This document shows, in pieces, positions 59,790-64,000 of a stretch of DNA of 64,000 bases. The notes below the pieces were generated by a model that had not been told where the DNA came from, searched no databases, and saw only the letters and a list, made by a program, of their open reading frames with translations. This DNA is from a virus (taxonomy: Duplodnaviria > Caudoviricetes): the IMG/VR virus record IMGVR_UViG_3300037067_006044, positions 1-64,000 of that record. One strand, written 5' to 3'. The first letter of the stretch is position 1, and each line of letters opens with the position of its first letter. Both the position numbers and the translations under genes were made by a program.

Positions 59790-60719
59790 ATGATAGAAAA
59801 TTATATAAATAAATTATTTTGCAAAGACAATTTAGAGTTATTAAAAGAACTTCCTAACAATAGTATCGATTTAATTTATTCAGATATTCTTTATGGAACC
59901 GGAGTTAAGTTTGATGATTATCAAGATTTAAAGATAAATATAAAAGAGAAGTTAATATTTGATATTATTCCAGAGACTATTTATAATCATTATTGGATTA
60001 GATTAATTGAGATGAAGAGAATATTAAAAGATACTGGAAGTATTTATCTTCAAATGGATACAAGAATAAATCATTGGATAAGAATAATGATGGATATGAT
60101 TTTTGGATATAATAATTTTCACAATGAGATAACTTGGAATTATAGATTTAGTCCTGTTTCATCTTCTCATTTTTCAAAAGCACACGATATAATTTTATTT
60201 TATTCTAAATCAGATACTTATACATTTAATAAAATAAATCATTTATTTGATAGTTCAGAAAGAACAAAATCAGATTGGTTAAAATTTGCAGATGAAAACG
60301 GAAATGTTTTAATGAAAGATTTGCCATCATCTTTAAAAAATTCGTCTATATTTATTCGTAGCGGTAGAAAAGATGGTGATGTCGGATTTAATTGTTTAAA
60401 TGGAATACCAATTGATTGGTGGGAAATACCGACATCTGTTAGAGGAAATAATCCAGAAATAAAACACGGAAAATACAATACTCAAAAACCAGAAAGATTA
60501 TTAGAAAGAATAATTCTTGCAAGTAGTAATGAAAATGACATTGTTTTAGATTTATATATGGGAAGTGGGACATCAATGGTTGTTGCTAAGAAAAATAATA
60601 GAAAATGGATTGGATGTGATATAAATTCAAAGAGTATTGATTTAACAAATTTAAGATTGAATGATATTGAAGATAAATCAAAACAAATAGAACATAAAAA
60701 TAAATTATTTGAATTTTAG
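59790..60719 (+). CDS. N4/N6 DNA methyltransferase, beta class, DILY variant
   Basis: SDILYGTG, TQKPERLL, DLYMGSGT; ends NKLFEF. Confidence 0.88.
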   Translation: MIENYINKLFCKDNLELLKELPNNSIDLIYSDILYGTGVKFDDYQDLKINIKEKLIFDIIPETIYNHYWIRLIEMKRILKDTGSIYLQMDTRINHWIRIMMDMIFGYNNFHNEITWNYRFSPVSSSHFSKAHDIILFYSKSDTYTFNKINHLFDSSERTKSDWLKFADENGNVLMKDLPSSLKNSSIFIRSGRKDGDVGFNCLNGIPIDWWEIPTSVRGNNPEIKHGKYNTQKPERLLERIILASSNENDIVLDLYMGSGTSMVVAKKNNRKWIGCDINSKSIDLTNLRLNDIEDKSKQIEHKNKLFEF

Positions 60720-60734
60720 TTTTATATTTTTAGA

Positions 60735-62087
60735 ATGATAGTTACAACAAATAATATATTCAATCAATTAAAATCTGAAATAGATATTTATTCTAATTTC
60801 ATTATTCTTCCTATTTTAGAAAATCATCTATTATTAAGATATAAGAATAATTTACTTTTATTATACATTTGTATTTTAGATGATAATTTCAATATTGTAA
60901 ATAAGTATATTTTAAACATAAATCATTTAGATATTTTCTTTAAATGTAATATAGATGAATTAGATTTTACAAATAAGAATCTATACACAAATGATAAGAA
61001 ATGTCTTACTTTCTTTTTATCTTGTACTAATATATATGAATTGCAGATAGTTGATAAGAATGTAAATTTCAATAGGAAAACACTGGATTTAAACAATACA
61101 TTCAATCTTCATCATTCTAAGAAATCATATAATAAAATATTACCATTAACTCATCACATTGAATATTTAGAACAAGAATTTCAGTATTATTATGATTTAT
61201 TAATAGAAAATAAAACAAGAATAAAGGATAAAGATTTCTTATTTTACAATAATATTATTTCCACTCTTTATAAGATAGAAAGTGAAGGAATATGTATAAA
61301 TAAAGAATTGTTTAAAGAAATAAATAAAGATAAGTTACAATATCATTTAAAAGATTCATTTGATAATTATGTATATTGTGATTATAATATTTATACTTCT
61401 ACAGGAAGGACTTCTAATTCATATGGAAGAATAAATTTTAATGCGTTAAATAAAAAAACAAATGAAAGAGAAATAATAGTTAGTAGATATGGAAAAGAAG
61501 GAATGTTGATTGAATTTGATTATTCTGCATATCATCTTTCAATATTAGCAGATTTAATACAATATAAATTTCCAGATAATATAAAGAGTATTCATGATTA
61601 TTTAGGAAAACAATATTTTAATGTAGAAGAATTAAGTAAAGAACAATATAAAGACACAAAAATATTAAATTTTCAATTTTTATACGGAGGAATACCAGAT
61701 GATATAATTGATAATATTGAATATTTTAAAAAAGTTAATATTTATTTAAAACTATTATATAAAGAATATTTAGAAAATGGATTTATTGTTTCTCCTATTT
61801 CAAATAGAAGAATAGATAATGTAGAAAATCACAATGCAAATAAAGTATTAAATTATTTATTGCAAATGTTAGAAACTGAAATAACTACTAATAATATTTC
61901 TAATGTAATGAATAAAATAAATAATAAAAAAATACATTCAATACTTTATGTTTATGATTCTATTTTATTTGATATTCATAAATCAGAATTAGAATTTATG
62001 GAAAATATTAAAACAATTTTATCAGAAAATAATAAATTTATCATAACAACTAAATATTCCGAAACAAATTATAAAGATATTAAATGA
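60735..62087 (+). CDS. Divergent family A DNA polymerase-like protein
   Basis: TSTGRTS, motif A EFDYSAYH, motif B KILNFQFLYG, NYLLQ, motif C YVYDS. Confidence 0.75.
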   Translation: MIVTTNNIFNQLKSEIDIYSNFIILPILENHLLLRYKNNLLLLYICILDDNFNIVNKYILNINHLDIFFKCNIDELDFTNKNLYTNDKKCLTFFLSCTNIYELQIVDKNVNFNRKTLDLNNTFNLHHSKKSYNKILPLTHHIEYLEQEFQYYYDLLIENKTRIKDKDFLFYNNIISTLYKIESEGICINKELFKEINKDKLQYHLKDSFDNYVYCDYNIYTSTGRTSNSYGRINFNALNKKTNEREIIVSRYGKEGMLIEFDYSAYHLSILADLIQYKFPDNIKSIHDYLGKQYFNVEELSKEQYKDTKILNFQFLYGGIPDDIIDNIEYFKKVNIYLKLLYKEYLENGFIVSPISNRRIDNVENHNANKVLNYLLQMLETEITTNNISNVMNKINNKKIHSILYVYDSILFDIHKSELEFMENIKTILSENNKFIITTKYSETNYKDIK

Positions 62088-63007
62088 TAGAAAATTATAT
62101 AAATAAATTATTTTGTAAAGATAATTTAGAATTATTAAAAGAACTTCCTTCCAATTCTATTGATTTGATTTATGGTGATATTTTGTATGGAACTGGAAAA
62201 GATTGGAAGGATTATAAAGATATAAATAGCAATGAAACAGAAGTCAATACTTTTTATTATGAACGAATAAAGGAGATGAAAAGAGTATTAAAAGAAACTG
62301 GCTCTATTTATCTTCAAATGGACACAAATATCAATCATTATATTAAATTAATGTTAAATAAAATCTTTGGAAATAAAAACTTTAGAAATGAAATAATTTG
62401 GAAAAGAGGTAATTCAAGTGGATTTAAAACTCAATATAATGGATTTATTAAAAATCATGACATAATTTTATTTTATTCTAAATCAGACAAATATTTATTT
62501 AATAAATTAAAATATGATGAATATAATGGGTTTTACAATAGATGGAAAAAATATAGTTTAGATAATGAAACAATAACATATATTAATTTTCCTAAGTCAG
62601 ATAAAAAATGGCTTAATTCATTAATAGAAAAATTTAAAAAAGAAAATAATAGAGAACCATTAAATAATGATATACTTTATAGATTTAATTCTACATATAT
62701 AGAAGACATTTGGACAGATATATCTGACATTGCTTATGGTTCAAAAGAAAAAATTGATTATGCAACTCAAAAACCAGAAAAATTATTAGAAAGAATAATT
62801 CTTGCAAGTAGTAATAAAAATAATATTGTTTTGGATTGTTTTCTCGGAAGTGGAACTACAATCGTTGTTTCTGAAAAATTGAATAGAAAATGGATTGGTA
62901 TAGATATAAATCAAAAAAGTATTGAAATAACAAATGAAAGATTAAACAATATAAATACACACCAAATAAAAATAAAAGAAAAACTTAATAATATATTTGA
63001 ATTTTAA
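62084..63007 (+). CDS. N4/N6 DNA methyltransferase, beta class, DILY variant; paralog of 59790..60719
   Basis: First 22 aa identical to the paralog; GDILYGTG, TQKPEKLL, DCFLGSGT; ends NNIFEF. Confidence 0.88.
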   Translation: MIENYINKLFCKDNLELLKELPSNSIDLIYGDILYGTGKDWKDYKDINSNETEVNTFYYERIKEMKRVLKETGSIYLQMDTNINHYIKLMLNKIFGNKNFRNEIIWKRGNSSGFKTQYNGFIKNHDIILFYSKSDKYLFNKLKYDEYNGFYNRWKKYSLDNETITYINFPKSDKKWLNSLIEKFKKENNREPLNNDILYRFNSTYIEDIWTDISDIAYGSKEKIDYATQKPEKLLERIILASSNKNNIVLDCFLGSGTTIVVSEKLNRKWIGIDINQKSIEITNERLNNINTHQIKIKEKLNNIFEF

Positions 63008-63010
63008 ATT

Positions 63011-63220
63011 ATGAATGATAATCAATTAAATTTTTGTTATTTTGATTGTAAATATCTAACAATAACAGAAGAGGAACAAAGAAAATTTCAGGGTAAATAT
63101 ATTCCAGAACATATTTGTAAAAAGTATAATAAACGAGTCACACATGATAAATATGATATGCTATTAGTGAGATTAGATTGTTGCAAATATAGAGAAGTGG
63201 ATTTAAATAAAAAACTCTAA
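63011..63220 (+). CDS. Small Cys-rich hypothetical protein
   Basis: CYFDCKYL...HIC...C. Confidence 0.6.
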   Translation: MNDNQLNFCYFDCKYLTITEEEQRKFQGKYIPEHICKKYNKRVTHDKYDMLLVRLDCCKYREVDLNKKL

Positions 63221-63239
63221 CCAATTATGATTAGAGTTT
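63212..63239. terminator. Terminator hairpin, AAACTCTA-TAGAGTTT family
   Basis: aaactctaa/ttagagttt; downstream flank nearly identical to that of 50761-50794. Confidence 0.65.
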
Positions 63240-63265
63240 CTATTTGTAAAAATTAATTAAAAAAC

Positions 63266-64000
63266 TTAAAAAGTCTTTATACAATAATCATAAGTTAGCA
63301 TTTCTTTCAATACTAAAAGCATTGTATCTGAATGAGTTAATATTTCTTTTGTTTTGTTGTCTAATTTTTGAAATTCTGGTATTTTATCATATATTACTTC
63401 TAAAGCACATCCCAATGCTTCGGCATAACCATCTTTTATTTCTGGTTTTTCGTTGGTTTTTGATTTTTCAACATGAACTTCTTCTTTATATTCAATTTGT
63501 GGTTTTGGTTCTTTTATATCTTTAACTTTAATCTTTTTACTTTTAGTTTCTTCTTTGTTTTCTCTTAAAATTGCAAGTTTTTGATTTTGTTCTGCTTTAG
63601 TTTTATTTAATTTTACAAAATCAATTGCTGCAGTTATACTAATTTCATCATTTTTTATTGCTTCAATAAGTTCTTCTGATCCTTCTTTTCCTAAAGTTAT
63701 TAAATTATATACTTTTTGATATGGTAAAGAGGTCATTTTAGCAATTTCAGAAGTACTTTTACCTTGATTTTGTAATTGTAAAAGAATGTTTGTTAATTCT
63801 ATGTCATTAAATGGTAATTGTGTATTATTTAAAACCACATGTTTTGCCAAAATATCAATATCATCTGATTTATCAATATATGCTTCAATATAAGGTATTT
63901 CGTGTCCAGAAGCAACCAATTCCATCATTCTTAATGTTCTTCTAAATCCATGAGTTACTTTATATTTACCATTTCCAATGCTTTTTACATATATTGGTTG
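63266..64000 (-). CDS. ParB-like protein, 5' end outside the window
   Basis: Frame open to the edge: QPIYV...YKVTHGFRR (ParB GxRR box), followed by an HTH-like STSEIAKMTSL. Confidence 0.75.
   Translation of the reverse strand, partial: QPIYVKSIGNGKYKVTHGFRRTLRMMELVASGHEIPYIEAYIDKSDDIDILAKHVVLNNTQLPFNDIELTNILLQLQNQGKSTSEIAKMTSLPYQKVYNLITLGKEGSEELIEAIKNDEISITAAIDFVKLNKTKAEQNQKLAILRENKEETKSKKIKVKDIKEPKPQIEYKEEVHVEKSKTNEKPEIKDGYAEALGCALEVIYDKIPEFQKLDNKTKEILTHSDTMLLVLKEMLTYDYCIKTF

Noticed and set aside
10026-63007. Methyltransferases as parts of restriction-modification systems
   Set aside because: No cognate restriction endonuclease is adjacent; nearby nucleases are homing-type, so orphan protective MTases are more likely
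1-64000. tRNA genes, rRNA or CRISPR arrays
   Set aside because: No cloverleaf with a T-loop GTTC motif and no regularly spaced direct repeats seen by eye; tRNAscan-SE and a CRISPR finder would be decisive
1-64000. Stop-codon reassignment as in some Bacteroidota phages
   Set aside because: Long conserved genes are intact under the standard code and coding density is high

Overview
Very AT-rich, gene-dense segment of a large, probably lytic dsDNA phage with T4-like/myovirus affinities (gp41/DnaB helicase, T4 RNase H-like exonuclease, Rnl1 RNA ligase, gp19-like tail tube). The host is most likely Bacteroidota: at least 13 TTTG-N19/20-TAnnTTTG promoters, a Bacteroidota-type NrdJ, an EAD11 domain and a Gln-start secreted protein. 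The window holds replication and nucleotide-metabolism genes (class II RNR with two inteins, ThyX, NAD-dependent ligase, PolA-like protein, AEP primase-SF2 helicase), five DNA methyltransferases, three free-standing endonuclease genes around the tail tube gene, KamA, Hsp20, an M16 peptidase, a tnpB scar and many small hypothetical genes. Three observations stand out. (1) Two sequence-unrelated copies of one RNA cassette: promoter, then a two-loop small RNA with its own terminator, then a second promoter and an mRNA whose 5' hairpin loop and start-codon region are complementary to the two sRNA loops. One copy precedes the primase-helicase and one precedes a gene cut off by the window edge. (2) A C-terminal (N/D)KLFEF-type tag on all five methyltransferases, the DNA ligase and one homing endonuclease, suggesting sliding-clamp-coupled methylation. 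(3) A stand-alone phage EAD11 protein that may be a decoy for host EAD conflict systems. All calls come from reading motifs by eye; no database searches or folding programs were run.
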